This document shows, in pieces, positions 1 through 11,379 of a stretch of DNA of 64,000 nucleotides. Under the pieces are notes generated by a model. It did no database searches. It saw only the letters and a program-made list of their open reading frames with translations, and had not been told where the DNA came from. A program made the position numbers and the translations under genes. The DNA is from Octopus bimaculoides (lineage: Eukaryota): positions 46,809,254 through 46,873,253 of the forward strand of contig NC_068986.1 of NCBI RefSeq assembly GCF_001194135.2, in the 5' to 3' direction. Each line of letters begins with the position of its first letter. Positions within the stretch are counted from its first letter, which is position 1.

Positions 1-4
1 CATA

Positions 5-100
<96 letters not shown>

Positions 101-105
101 TATAT

Positions 106-142
<37 letters not shown>
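1..142. repeat. (TA)n/(TACA) microsatellite
   Basis: Direct reading of the sequence. Confidence 0.95.
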
Positions 143-147
<5 letters not shown>

Positions 148-623
148 AGAAAAATAATATGAAAATTCAAGCAAGATATTGTAATACAATTTTGGGATCC
201 CGTTAAACTAACATACATTTATGCAAATATGTACATGTTAGACTTCCTGGCTCAATCGGTTCCATCGGACACAACAACTACGATGATTTGTCGCCATTTG
301 TTCGTATAAGGAGCCATTGCAGTACATTATAATACAACACGAAACAAAGCTAGATAGAAAGAACAGTTGATAATACTGTCGTATTGTAGATGGAATTCCA
401 CAAATGCACAGACTTATCAATAGCAAAATATAAACAAGAATTAATACAGTTACAACAGCCTAGTAACAAACTCATAACAGTTGCTGGAGTTGAAGGCGAT
501 TATCATTTTATCAGATACAACATTATCGCCGTAATACTTGCTCATTACTACAAGACAATAGCAATAGCAAACATCTACATACATCTATTTCATTTGGGAA
601 ACGAATTGGAGGTCTAAAAATTA

Positions 624-839
624 CCTTTCTATACACTTCAAGTGGCTTTAAATTTTGTGGGAAGGGGCAAGTCGATTACATCGACCCAAAGACTTGTCAG
701 GTATTTATTCTATCGACCCTGAAAGGATGAAAGGTAAAGTCAACATCGACTGAATTTGAGCTCAGGACATAAAGACGGACGAAATGCAGTTAACCATTTT
801 GCCTGGCGTGCTAACGGTTTGGCTAGTTAGACACCTTAA
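624..839 (-). mobile_element. tRNA-derived SINE, family 1 (head AAGGCGGCGAGCTGGCAGAATCGTTAGC), diverged copy
   Basis: Reverse complement aligns by eye to the + copies at 11569-11785 and 58696-58910. Contains a B-box-like GAGCTCAAATTC and the CCTTTCATCCTTTC core. Confidence 0.8.
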
Positions 840-1041
840 GCATAACAAATAATGAAAAAGCATTAGCATAAAGATACACTTCAATCTATATTAATGGGAG
901 GTCGTGGTTATGTAATATAGCTAAACTAAAATAAATATGAATTTGGATATTTTGTGCAAAGTAACAGCATTATAAAAACAAACCGATTCAAGTTTTCTGT
1001 CTCCCATATATATGCTGATATATGAGATACCATGTGAGTAT

Positions 1042-1135
1042 GTGTACGTGTGTGCCTATGTTTGTGCGTGTGTGTCTATATTTGTACGTGTGAACCTATG
1101 TGTATGCGTGTGCCTTTGTGTGTGCACGTGTGTGG
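1042..1135 (+). repeat. ~20-bp period minisatellite built from a GT microsatellite
   Basis: Units TGTACGTGTGTGCCTATGTT / TGTGCGTGTGTGTCTATATT / TGTACGTGTGAACCTATGTG recur at 20-bp spacing. Confidence 0.7.
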
Positions 1136-1504
1136 ACTTTTAAACGTTCAAACTTTCATGACCATTCAAGCGTTGACCATCCTCGCCGATTAGCTCTTGG
1201 CCATTGTGATTATCTTTTAGCTTTGGTTCGATATATTTCTTCACCTTCTTTAGGTTCTTTTTTTTTTCACTTCTCTCTCGCTTTCTCTTCCACCTATTTG
1301 TCTTCTTCCTCTTGTCTTTTCTTCTCCCCACTTCCACTTAAATTCCTCCTCTCCCTCTTCTTAATTCATCTCCTCTTTTTACTCCACCTACATCTTTTTC
1401 TCTTACTGCGTATTCTTGAAGCATCACTTATTATGACGTCATAATAACGAACCTTTACAATGCACATTATTACTACTTTGCTTCGTACATTCCTTCAAAG
1501 GTTT

Positions 1505-1632
1505 TGTTACGAGTTTTATTCGGTTGCGTGAAGAAATAACACCCAAAAACATTTAACAGAAGTATTCTTTGTCGCACATAAAGACAATTTACATTGGCCG
1601 TTTACAGTTAACAACAAAAATAATTTCAGACT

Positions 1633-1712
<80 letters not shown>

Positions 1713-2115
1713 CAGCTCTGAGATTTCAGAAAGCTATTGGTACAGCAACATGCAGTTGACCCAACATATCGGAAATCATCAGCGTTATCTTCGTCGGAGC
1801 GGAAGTTCTTGATCTTCTATCCTAGGCCGTCTGTGTGAGCTGTCTGCCTGGCAAAACAGGAGGCACACATCGCTCAAGTGCCTTAACATTCTGCTACGAA
1901 TTACCGCTAAAAGCGGCCTTTTATAGGGTATAGGAAGATTCTAGAAAATTATATCACGCAACAACTTCACACTGATTGGTTGCTTATTAGGTCGATCACT
2001 TGAAACTATTGTGGTTTGGTCTTGATGTCTGACCACTTATCTCGCGATTCGGTTTCGAATTAATGCTACAGTTTCATGCTATAGAAACAAATTATGATTG
2101 AAAAAATGCATAACA
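1505..2115 (-). mobile_element. LTR, probably a 3' LTR of an LTR retrotransposon, with an internal (GA)n expansion
   Basis: On the minus strand: TGTTAT...GTAACA termini, CCAAT (1975-1979), CTATAAAAGG TATA box (1917-1926), AATAAA just before the ACA end, and a short purine run (GGGGA) immediately upstream as a degenerate PPT. There is no TSD and no PBS downstream. Confidence 0.6.
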
Positions 2116-2496
2116 TCCCCACATGTAAAAGATTATCATCGTTGTATCATAAAGGTAGGTGAAATATATTCGTTATGTAAGTAATAGAGGATATTCGTGA
2201 ATATATAAAAGCTAGACAAAGTAACTGAAACGAAAGATTAATAATTAAAACTGAAAATACGAGCAGTAGGAAAAGTCGCAATTAAAACTGTACTTGTTGA
2301 TAAGGTCTCGATGCTAACATAAAATCTGTGTATATTTACGCATATTTACCAGAAAAAAAGTATGTATTTATTTAATGTATATGTCAGCTGATTTTCTTTC
2401 GTCATATTTTATTATATCATCACTCTACCTTCGTACAATGAGGTCTTTAGTACTTTTCATCTTTTTACGAAATACGATACATTTGAAATCTCTCTC

Positions 2497-2530
<34 letters not shown>

Positions 2531-3496
2531 NNNNNNNNNNNNNNNNNNNNNNNNNNNNNNNNNNNNNNNNNNNNNNNNNNNNNNNNNNNNNNNNNNNNNN
2601 NNNNNNNNNNNNNNNNNNNNNNNNNNNNNNNNNNNNNNNNNNNNNNNNNNNNNNNNNNNNNNNNNNNNNNNNNNNNNNNNNNNNNNNNNNNNNNNNNNNN
2701 NNNNNNNNNNNNNNNNNNNNNNNNNNNNNNNNNNNNNNNNNNNNNNNNNNNNNNNNNNNNNNNNNNNNNNNNNNNNNNNNNNNNNNNNNNNNNNNNNNNN
2801 NNNNNNNNNATATATATATATATATATAAAGGGAAATAGATATATATATATAGAGAATGATAGACAGACAGACAGACAGACAGACACATAGAATAATAGA
2901 TAGATAGATAGATAGAAGGTTGTGACATGCTGATGTGCACGTGTATACTATTGAAAATGTTGGAACAATTTTGTTTAATATTTTGTTATACTTGTGGTTC
3001 TCTAGACAATGTTTTTGAAATAATTTTACGAAAGTTTTAGGTGATACTAAAGCGGACAAAAGAATCCAGGCGTAAGATGTACCATAAGATTATGTGCCAT
3101 AGAGTAGTATCAGTGTAATGAGTGATGTTTTGAGAAGATCAATTTTACTGCGTTTTGGATTTCAAAAAACGTAAAACCATATGTATGATTTCCCCTCCCC
3201 TCGAAGACTTCTGGCCATGTGTCAAAATTTAAAGCCATTATTTCTTATGAGTTTTCATAGCATAAGAAGTGTAGAATTATAAATTTTCCAAGTATAGAAA
3301 AGTAGTTTTTAGTTCTTCCTAAATGAAGTAAATGTGTGTGTTTACTATTGCTTTGTAGTACGGAGCAAGTATTACAACGATAATGCTGTTGCAGCTGATA
3401 AAACGATATTCGCCTTTAACTCCAGCAACTGTTATGATAGTGTTACTAGGCTGTTGTATCTGTTAATTCTTGTTTATATCTTGCTATTGAGAAATT

Positions 3497-3756
3497 GTGG
3501 AGGCGTAATGGCCCAGTGGTTAGGGCAGCGGACTCGCGGTCATAGGATCGCGGTTTCGATTTCCAGACCGGGTGTTGTGAGTGTTTATTGAGCGAAAACA
3601 TCTAAAACTCCGGCAGGGGATGGTGGCGAACCTTGCAGTACTCTTTCACCACAACTTTCTCTCACTCTTACTTCCTGTTTCTGTTGTGCCTGTAATTTAA
3701 AGGGTCAGCTTTGTCACACTATGTCACGCTGAATATCCCTGAGAACACGTGTCTGA
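3497..3756 (+). mobile_element. tRNA(Arg)-like SINE, family 2, 3'-truncated
   Basis: A-box TGGCCCAGTGG, B-box-like GGTTTCGATTTCC and a TCG anticodon-like loop (GACTCGCGG). Near-identical to the copies at 5156, 16766, 17820 and 33886. Confidence 0.9.
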
Positions 3757-3808
3757 AATTGCTTGACTTTAGTAGCGCAGTGTGTGTGCATGCATGCATG
3801 CATGCATG

Positions 3809-3841
<33 letters not shown>

Positions 3842-4108
3842 ATGCGTGTGTATGTGTATGTGTATCGGCAGAAACGTTATAACAAACTGCATTACAGTGT
3901 TTAGTCTCTATCCAGTACATTCAACAAGCATTCATTACTCCAGTTGTTGTGTAGGTACGACTAATATACAGGGACAATTGCAACGATTAGAAACACGATG
4001 TAACGTATAATAAATACAATGACGGTTATTTTAAGGAACACAGTAAACGATGACTTTACCAGTTATTCATTCTTACATCCCATACTACGTAAAAGCTTAC
4101 ATAATATT

Positions 4109-4394
4109 TGTTGTGGAAGGATACGGACCCCCCCCCAACCACTATAAGTGACTAAAAGGTAAACTGACTCATTATTATAAAGTAAAGAACTGTGAGCGAT
4201 TGGCAGTTCGGGTTGGCAAGCAGTTGACTGTGAGCTGTGGTTGAGAGCGTCGAAACTCGCGTAATAGTAATAGAAGTGCGTCGTGTAAATACTTTTTCCC
4301 GCTGCTTCGTTATATATCCAGCATACAAGGATATACAAGTTGTACGAAGCTTGCATTGAACATTTAATATTTTGGTGAGGTGGGGTACGAAACC
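4109..4394 (+). mobile_element. 5' LTR plus primer-binding site of a Ty3/Gypsy element
   Basis: The LTR starts at TGTTGTGG (4109; TGTAAC at 3999 is an alternative start) and ends near 4362-4369. It is followed by TGGTGAGGTGGGGTACGAAACC (4373-4394), whose reverse complement resembles a tRNA T-arm/3'-CCA end. The gag ATG follows 21 bp later. Confidence 0.55.
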
Positions 4395-4414
4395 AAACAA
4401 AATTTCGTTTTAAC

Positions 4415-4908
4415 ATGGATAACTTATTTTCCTCCACTGTGCAGTTGCAACAGCAACAACAACAGCAGTTACAATAGCAATTACATTAGTAACAGTAATT
4501 ACAACAGCAACAACAACAAAACCAGCAGTTGCTGGAATTAATGTTGAAGAAGTCTGAAAATACTTCAGCTTCGTATTCGTCAGACAGCGTAGCGAATTCA
4601 ATTGAATTTAGCTATAATCCAGAAGGGATTACCTTCACCGCTAATTATCGAAGATACGAAGAAATCTTCAAAGAAGAGTGTAAAAGTTGGTCCGACGAGA
4701 AAAATATACGACTACTTTTACGAAAGTTATCCCCTGCCAATCAGGAAAATATATAGTAATTATATTCTGCCGAAGAAACCAGGTGAGATTTATTTCTATG
4801 AAACAATTTTTTTTATCGAAAATTTTCAGTGAAAGAAGTTCCCTATTCAGAACTCGTTGCAATGTTTAGATTTGGTAAAACAAGATGAAGATTTCGTCAC
4901 CTTTGCCG
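4415..4908 (+). pseudogene. Ty3/Gypsy (K02A2.6-like) gag remnant with an N-terminal poly-Q tract; contains stops and frameshifts and runs into a gap
   Basis: ATG 4415 is in frame with ORF 4529. Joined translation gives SDSVANSIEFSYNPEGITF..RRYEEIFKEECKSWSDEK.IRLLLRKL / YSNYILPKKP / FSERSSLFRTR.CLDLVKQDEDFVTFA, which I recognise as invertebrate Gypsy gag. Confidence 0.75.
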
Positions 4909-5155
4909 NNNNNNNNNNNNNNNNNNNNNNNNNNNNNNNNNNNNNNNNNNNNNNNNNNNNNNNNNNNNNNNNNNNNNNNNNNNNNNNNNNNNNNNNNNNN
5001 NNNNNNNNNNNNNNNNNNNNNNNNNNNNNNNNNNNNNNNNNNNNNNNNNNNNNNNNNNAGAGGTCTCATAAATTAAATAATTCCATCCAGTTAGTTCCGG
5101 ATAAAACAAAAAGTTTGGTTTTACAGCTTTTTTCACGAAATGTAATGTTACTTAA

Positions 5156-5370
5156 GTGGAGGCGCAATGGCCCAGTGGTTAGGGCAGCGGACTCGCGGTC
5201 ATAGGATCGCGGTTTCGATTCCCAGACCGGGCGTTGTGAGTGTTTATTGAACGAAAACACTTAAAGTTCCACGAGGCTCCGGCAGAGGATGGTGGTGAAC
5301 CCTGCTGTACTCTTTCACCACAGCTTTCTCTCACTCTTTCTTTCTGTTTCTGTTCTGCTTGTTATTCAAA
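5156..5370 (+). mobile_element. SINE family 2, 3'-truncated and fused to an RTE fragment
   Basis: High identity to the 3497 and 33886 copies up to ATTCAAA at about 5370. Confidence 0.9.
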
Positions 5371-5497
5371 ACGGAAACACCAAGACTGGTTTGACAACAA
5401 GGCGGTCACCACCCTCCTCCAGAAGAAAAAAGAAGCCTTCACAGCCTGGCTCAACGACAAAGACTCCCAAGCCAAGCACGACCGTCTCAAGTCTTTG
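5368..5497 (+). mobile_element. RTE (BovB-like) LINE ORF fragment from the endonuclease-RT linker
   Basis: Translates as KRKHQDWFDNKAVTTLLQKKKEAFTAWLNDKDSQAKHDRLKSL, matching the recalled RTE motif RKHQDWFDEN..I..LL..K..AF.AW.ND. Confidence 0.75.
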
Positions 5498-5518
5498 TCT
5501 ATATTAGTAGATATTTGG

Positions 5519-5592
5519 CGAAGGTGTCACACAGTGGGACTGAATCGAACCGGGAACTACGTGGTTAGGAAACAAACTTCTTACCACAACCA
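5519..5592 (-). mobile_element. SINE family 3 tRNA-like head fragment
   Basis: Reverse complement resembles the heads of the 9256-9440 and 31741-32083 copies (GTTCAGTCCCACTG). Confidence 0.6.
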
Positions 5593-5837
5593 CATTCCCA
5601 TCAATGATTGAAGAACACTTTTTTAATACGAGAAATAAATTGTAAGTAATACAGTTGGATTACTCGAAATCAAAGCAAGTGGAAATACAAGTTTAATCAA
5701 ATGTTAATAAAATCTGAATCCTCGGTCGGCCAATTTAGTTAGAGATAAAAACGAGTAACATGGCGAGCAGAATATAATCTCCTCACTGGTAGGTACAAAA
5801 CTCGTACTAGAGTGATGTTAATAAGGAACGAACGTTT

Positions 5838-6048
5838 AGGCAGTGCGCCGTCAGAATCGTTAGCATGGTGGGGAAAATGCTTAGTGGCATTTCGTCCGAC
5901 TTTACATTCTGAGTTCAAATTCCTCCGAGGTCAACTTATCCTTTCAATTTTCCCTGATCTAGAAAATAAGTTAAGTACCAGTTGAGTGCTGATGTAATCG
6001 ACGAGTTTCCTCCCCCAGAACTTGCTGGCCTTGTGCCAAAATTTGAAC
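5838..6048 (+). mobile_element. SINE family 1, diverged copy
   Basis: CAGAATCGTTAGC head, CTGAGTTCAAATTCC B-box and GCCTTGTGCCAAAATTTGAA tail. Confidence 0.8.
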
Positions 6049-7574
6049 AAGCGAGTTTACTCTTATAAGCGTTAAACTTAATTAATGAAATGAAATGTAA
6101 TTTAGAATCAAACGTACATAATTCTCATACGAGTTAAGTGAATTTGAATTTCAGTGTGGAGGCAAATAAATTCATATTATATGGTTATTTCACGCTCCTG
6201 CACATTTTTGTTATTCACACCCGCAGTGTCTACATAACTCAATGCACATGTATGAGCATGAATGCGTGCTCGAAACTATCTCATTTATTAGAACATTTTG
6301 TTTCATTGCATTTCATGTATGAGATCCGGCCGTATAGAAGACTTACCAGAGAACAACTTTTCTTCCAAACATGTTATATTGAAAACAGGGATTCGAGTTT
6401 AAAAGTTTTGAAATTAAGGATTTCTATTAGTCATTGCCCTCAGTTTGGAATAATAACGTTTCTAAATTGATTTTTGTTTGAAAACCACGGCCACATTTTC
6501 TGAATACAATTATGATAGTAATGCATCACTGCCAAGTCTGAAGTCGGCAGTGCAGGTTTAAGTTAATGAATAATTAATAAAATCGTCGCCGGTTGTTTAA
6601 ATGTCAATTGCAGATTGATTTCATAATTTATTTCCTGTATTAGTTGATAATTGTCTTGTATATTACTCTTAGTATAGCTTCCATAGATAATTTTCTACAT
6701 TTTTTTTTTCTGGAATTAGAAATTGGTAAGTGTTATTAATTAATGCTTTCCTCCCTAGTTTTGTTTCATGGTGGGACTAGACCTCGTAGTTCCGAAGCGA
6801 ACTTCTTAAACACACGGTTGGCGTGTAAATTCCGGAACCATTAGATTGTCTGGCAAATTACCTTTAGTTGTTTGGAAACTTCTACCAAGCCCTACTTTGC
6901 CTTTTATTCTTCTAGTTTCAATTAAGTGACAGTCTATCAAATAAATACTGGATCCATGGATTTAATATACACTAGAAGGTGATGCATCGATATGGCCACA
7001 TTCCAATGAGAGAAACCAGACACAGAATAAAAGAAAAGAAAATGAAAGTTAAAACATGTAATGTTATTCATACATTATATTCACACACAGAGACACGTTT
7101 TGCGTATATGTATATGCACATTCATGTATGTGTCGGCATATACATTTCTATGCATATGATTGTCTGCGTATGTGAATGCGTATATAAATATGCATAATAC
7201 GTTATAAAGATACTATCAGACATACCCGGCGTTATTCGGGATTTAAATGGCATAGTTTGTGTATATGGTACAGTTTAGTTGAAACATGTGATACGGGGAA
7301 GTGCAGCATTGACGACAAAGCATTTATGGAGTAAATGAAAGGCTAATTCGACTAAGTGACATGTCATATGTCTGTTTGGAAGATTCCAGGCTCTAACCTT
7401 GTCATGGAAAAGTTGGGGGTATGTGATTTTTGAACGCACCTAAAAGCTCTCAGTGGATATACTGTCGCTGACATAGGAACCACAGCATAGGAACTACATC
7501 TATGTGATAAATTAAGCATGTGGACCCAATCAACAGCACCACATGAGAAAAATCTACATGAAAGAAATTATATT

Positions 7575-7960
7575 ATAAGGATGGGGGATTGGCTGATGCT
7601 GTTAATGCAGCATTCCTGACCAAGCTAGTACTACGCTGCTCACCATCGCTTTCCATTGCTCTTGCAGTAGCTGTACGTGCAGCATTTTGCGATTGTCTAA
7701 TTGAAATCTCATGTGACGATCCATTCGCGCTCCTTCTTTCCAATTTCTATGTTACCGCCGTATTTCGACAAATGGAGGATCTCTCCTTTGGTGACATTAT
7801 GTCAAGAAATATGACGTAATAAGCTAAGATGAAAATTGTACGTTAATAATTAAATGTCAATAAAAAAATGAAAATAATATTAATATCTTAGCAAATTTTA
7901 AGAAAAGTTATTTCACAAAGAGTTACCTTCGCTCGCCACAGTAGTCGTACTTACCAGGAA
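7575..7960 (-). pseudogene. Helitron-like 5' fragment: spliced 5' UTR plus the N-terminus of an STPR-repeat-like ORF
   Basis: Minus strand: donor CTG|GTAAGT (7954) and acceptor TTTTCATCTTAG| (7824). ATG 7797 gives MSPKERSSICRNTAVT*KLERRSANGSSHEISIRQSQNAARTATARAMESDGEQRSTSLVRNAALTASA, similar to the R/E/S-rich STPR-type repeats at the start of Helitron Rep-helicase proteins. Confidence 0.5.
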
Positions 7961-8088
7961 AGGGGGTTTCTGGCCTCAGAGGCCACATTACTCATGGGAT
8001 AACTTTTAAGAGTCTAAAACTATCTCTGGAACATAAGCTATGTCCCAGTTTGAAGAAAATCAATTGGGAACTTCAGAAGTTAAACGGG

Positions 8089-8125
<37 letters not shown>

Positions 8126-8847
8126 ACACATACTGAATTCTGTATATATAAATATAGTATAATAGTGAACTAACACAAAATGTGTCCGTCTGTGTTTTAA
8201 TTCCATACTTAGTTGTACAGAACACATTTAACTGCTCTATTTTGCTTCGAATGCAAAGGCCATCATGGTTAGAATGACATGATGGTATTTTATTAGTCAT
8301 GTGTCAGTTAATGAATATATGGTGACAGTTATGTGTGCATAAGTAACGTTAATGGCTTACAAAAATTGTCGTGCTATGGAGCTCTATTCTAAGACCAAAA
8401 TAAATATTCTTTAAAAATTAAGAAAAGACAAATTCTATGCCAGGCATCGAGAATTATGAATATATAATACACCAAAGCTAACTCAACAGAAAAGAAATCA
8501 TACAAGATTGTCATCCGAAACAGATTGGTTGTACACTTGCGAATATAAATTGGTGGGATGTGAGACTTTAAAATGTTTCCTTTAACAATTGTGTAAATAT
8601 GAGTAATGTTATCTTAATAATTTAGATAGTGATACACTCAGTTATCATTTTGAATAGAAAGTACATTATTGCGTGGGGGTGTCTTATTTATGTGTGTGTA
8701 AGTATGTGCTGGGGGTGTGTGAGTATGCTTTTATGTGTACATATGTATACATATGTGTAAAAATATCTTGTATGTATATCATGTATATATATGTCTATAT
8801 ATGTACACACATATATACATATACATGCAAATATATGTGTGTATATG

Positions 8848-8919
<72 letters not shown>

Positions 8920-9018
8920 NNNNNNNNNNNNNNNNNNNNNNNNNNNNNNNNNNNNNNNNNNNNNNNNNNNNNNNNNNNNNNNNNNNNNNNNNNNNNNNNN
9001 NNNNNNNNNNNNNNNNNN

Positions 9019-9049
<31 letters not shown>

Positions 9050-9255
9050 CAATTGAATTGAGGTATTTTAATAACAAAGACACCAAGGCAGAGTCAAGGA
9101 TAGCATACTTGTGTATCAACAGTGTGTACGGACATTCATGTACTTACGTATACATCCACAAGTATTGAGCAAATACACAACGTATGCATAAAATCACAAA
9201 GGAGTAAACTTCACTATGCAATCTACGGTCCACTGTAGGGTCAAGATCCAATGCA

Positions 9256-9440
9256 GACAAACACAGACACAAAGACACACACACACACACACATGGATTG
9301 ATACACATATACGACGTGATTCTTTTAGTTTCTGTCAACCAAATCTACTCACAAGACACTTGTCCAAGACACTTGCCCAAGGTACCATGCAATGGGGCTG
9401 AACCCAGTTGGAAAGCAAGCTGCATACCACACAGCCACGA
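9256..9440 (-). mobile_element. SINE family 3, 5' half with internal (CA)n
   Basis: Carries the CORE-like ACCTTGGGCAAGTGTCTT motif and the GAGT(A/G)GATTTGGT segment shared with 31741-32083. Confidence 0.75.
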
Positions 9441-9626
9441 CATATATATATACATATATAAAGTAACAAACTGAGGAAAAGGAATCCTTCAAAAAGGTGT
9501 GTTAAACATCCAGTTCACTGGTACGTCAGTTGAATACCATATAAATATTGGTATAATGCCATTACAAAGATCAATTAAATAGATAGGTACTATTTAATTT
9601 ATCTCTCTCTCTCTCTNNNNNNNNNN

Positions 9627-10370
9627 TACATGCATATATGGGTACAAATAGAGAAACGAGACAGGCAACATTAAGAACAATCTCTTCATCAATTGTCCCC
9701 TGTTTTATCTACTCCGCGTTTCGAAGGTAGGGACAAGACGCAACTTCCTAAAAACAGTCCTTCCCGCAAAGCAAATTAAATAAAACTTGGGATTTTTGTG
9801 GAGGGTTAAAATGGTCCCAAAACAGGACAGTAATATAAAAAAAAACAGTAAAAGCAAACGGCGAGGACTGTTAAGCCATAACGAGGTGAAGTGGTGAACG
9901 CTGGAGAAAGGAGCTATGACAAGAGACAGGCAAAAGTAAGTCTTATCTCTTGTGAAGCGTGAGGGAAAAAGAACGATAGCCGCTGGTCACGTGTGAGCAA
10001 CGAGAGTGTCAAGGAGGAAAAGTGAGGGAGAGTACCACTTTAACCCTCTGCAAAAATCCCAAATTTTATTTAACTTGCTTTGCAGGAAGCTCTGTTTTAA
10101 CGAGGTCGCGTCTTGTCCCAAGCTTCGAAACGGGAGTAGATAAAACAGGGGACAACTGATGAAGGGATTATTCTTTATGTTGCCAGTCTCGTTTCTCTAT
10201 TTATTTCTTCCATTGTCCGAAAAAAAGTTCGTTTCCCATATTTTTGATTTTTATGTTCTCGTTTTTCATTTTGTTCATTTTCTGCAGCGTTCACCGCTTC
10301 ACCTCATTATGGCCTAACAGCCCTCACCGTTTGCTTTTACAGTATTGTTCTCAATGTCCTGTTTTTGTTA
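9627..10370. repeat. Inverted pair of the same interspersed repeat (possibly Penelope pseudo-LTR derived) with permuted segment order
   Basis: 9646-9815 is the reverse complement of 10034-10202, and 9816-9909 is the reverse complement of 10279-10370 (roughly 80-85% by eye). Confidence 0.85.
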
Positions 10371-10378
10371 TTTACATG

Positions 10379-10410
<32 letters not shown>

Positions 10411-11379
10411 NNNNNNNNNNNNNNNNNNNNNNNNNNNNNNNNNNNNNNNNNNNNNNNNNNNNNNNNNNNNNNNNNNNNNNNNNNNNNNNNNNNNNNNNNN
10501 NNNNNNNNNNNNNNNNNNNNNNNNNNNNNNNNNNNNNNNNNNNNNNNNNNNNNNNNNNNNNNNNNNNNNNNNNNNNNNNNNNNNNNNNNNNNNNNNNNNN
10601 NNNNNNNNNNNNNNNNNNNNNNNNNNNNNNNNNNNNNNNNNNNNNNNNNNNNNNNNNNNNNNNNNNNNNNNNNNNNNNNNNNNNNNNNNNNNNNNNNNNN
10701 NNNNNNNNNNNNNNNNNNNNNNNNNNNNNNNNNNNNNNNNNNNNNNNNNNNNNNNNNNNNNNNNNNNNNNNNNNNNNNNNNNNNNNNNNNNNNNNNNNNN
10801 NNNNNNNNNNNNNNNNNNNNNNNNNNNNNNNNNNNNNNNNNNNNNNNNNNNNNNNNNNNNNNNNNNNNNNNNNNNNNNNNNNNNNNNNNNNNNNNNNNNN
10901 NNNNNNNNNNNNNNNNNNNNNNNNNNNNNNNNNNNNNNNNNNNNNNNNNNNNNNNNNNNNNNNNNNNNNNNNNNNNNNNNNNNNNNNNNNNNNNNNNNNN
11001 NNNNNNNNNNNNNNNNNNNNNNNNNNNNNNNNNNNNNNNNNNNNNNNNNNNNNNNNNNNNNNNNNNNNNNNNNNNNNNNNNNNNNNNNNNNNNNNNNNNN
11101 NNNNNNNNNNNNNNNNNNNNNNNNNNNNNNNNNNNNNNNNNNNNNNNNNNNNNNNNNNNNNNNNNNNNNNNNNNNNNNNNNNNNNNNNNNNNNNNNNNNN
11201 NNNNNNNNNNNNNNNNNNNNNNNNNNNNNNNNNNNNNNNNNNNNNNNNNNNNNNNNNNNNNNNNNNNNNNNNNNNNNNNNNNNNNNNNNNNNNNNNNNNN
11301 NNNNNNNNNNNNNNNNNNNNNNNNNNNNNNNNNNNNNNNNNNNNNNNNNNNNNNNNNNNNNNNNNNNNNNNNNNNNNNN

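Noticed and set aside
7947-7975. U1 snRNA-like start (TACTTACCAGG); also TACTTACCTG at 56990
   Set aside because: Similarity stops after about 10 nt. It is simply the reverse complement of a 5' splice site.
10113-10240. Canonical hammerhead in the inverted repeat (GAAAC and CTGATGA both present)
   Set aside because: Stem I could not be closed in type I, II or III geometry by hand. It is kept only as half-motifs in the finding above.
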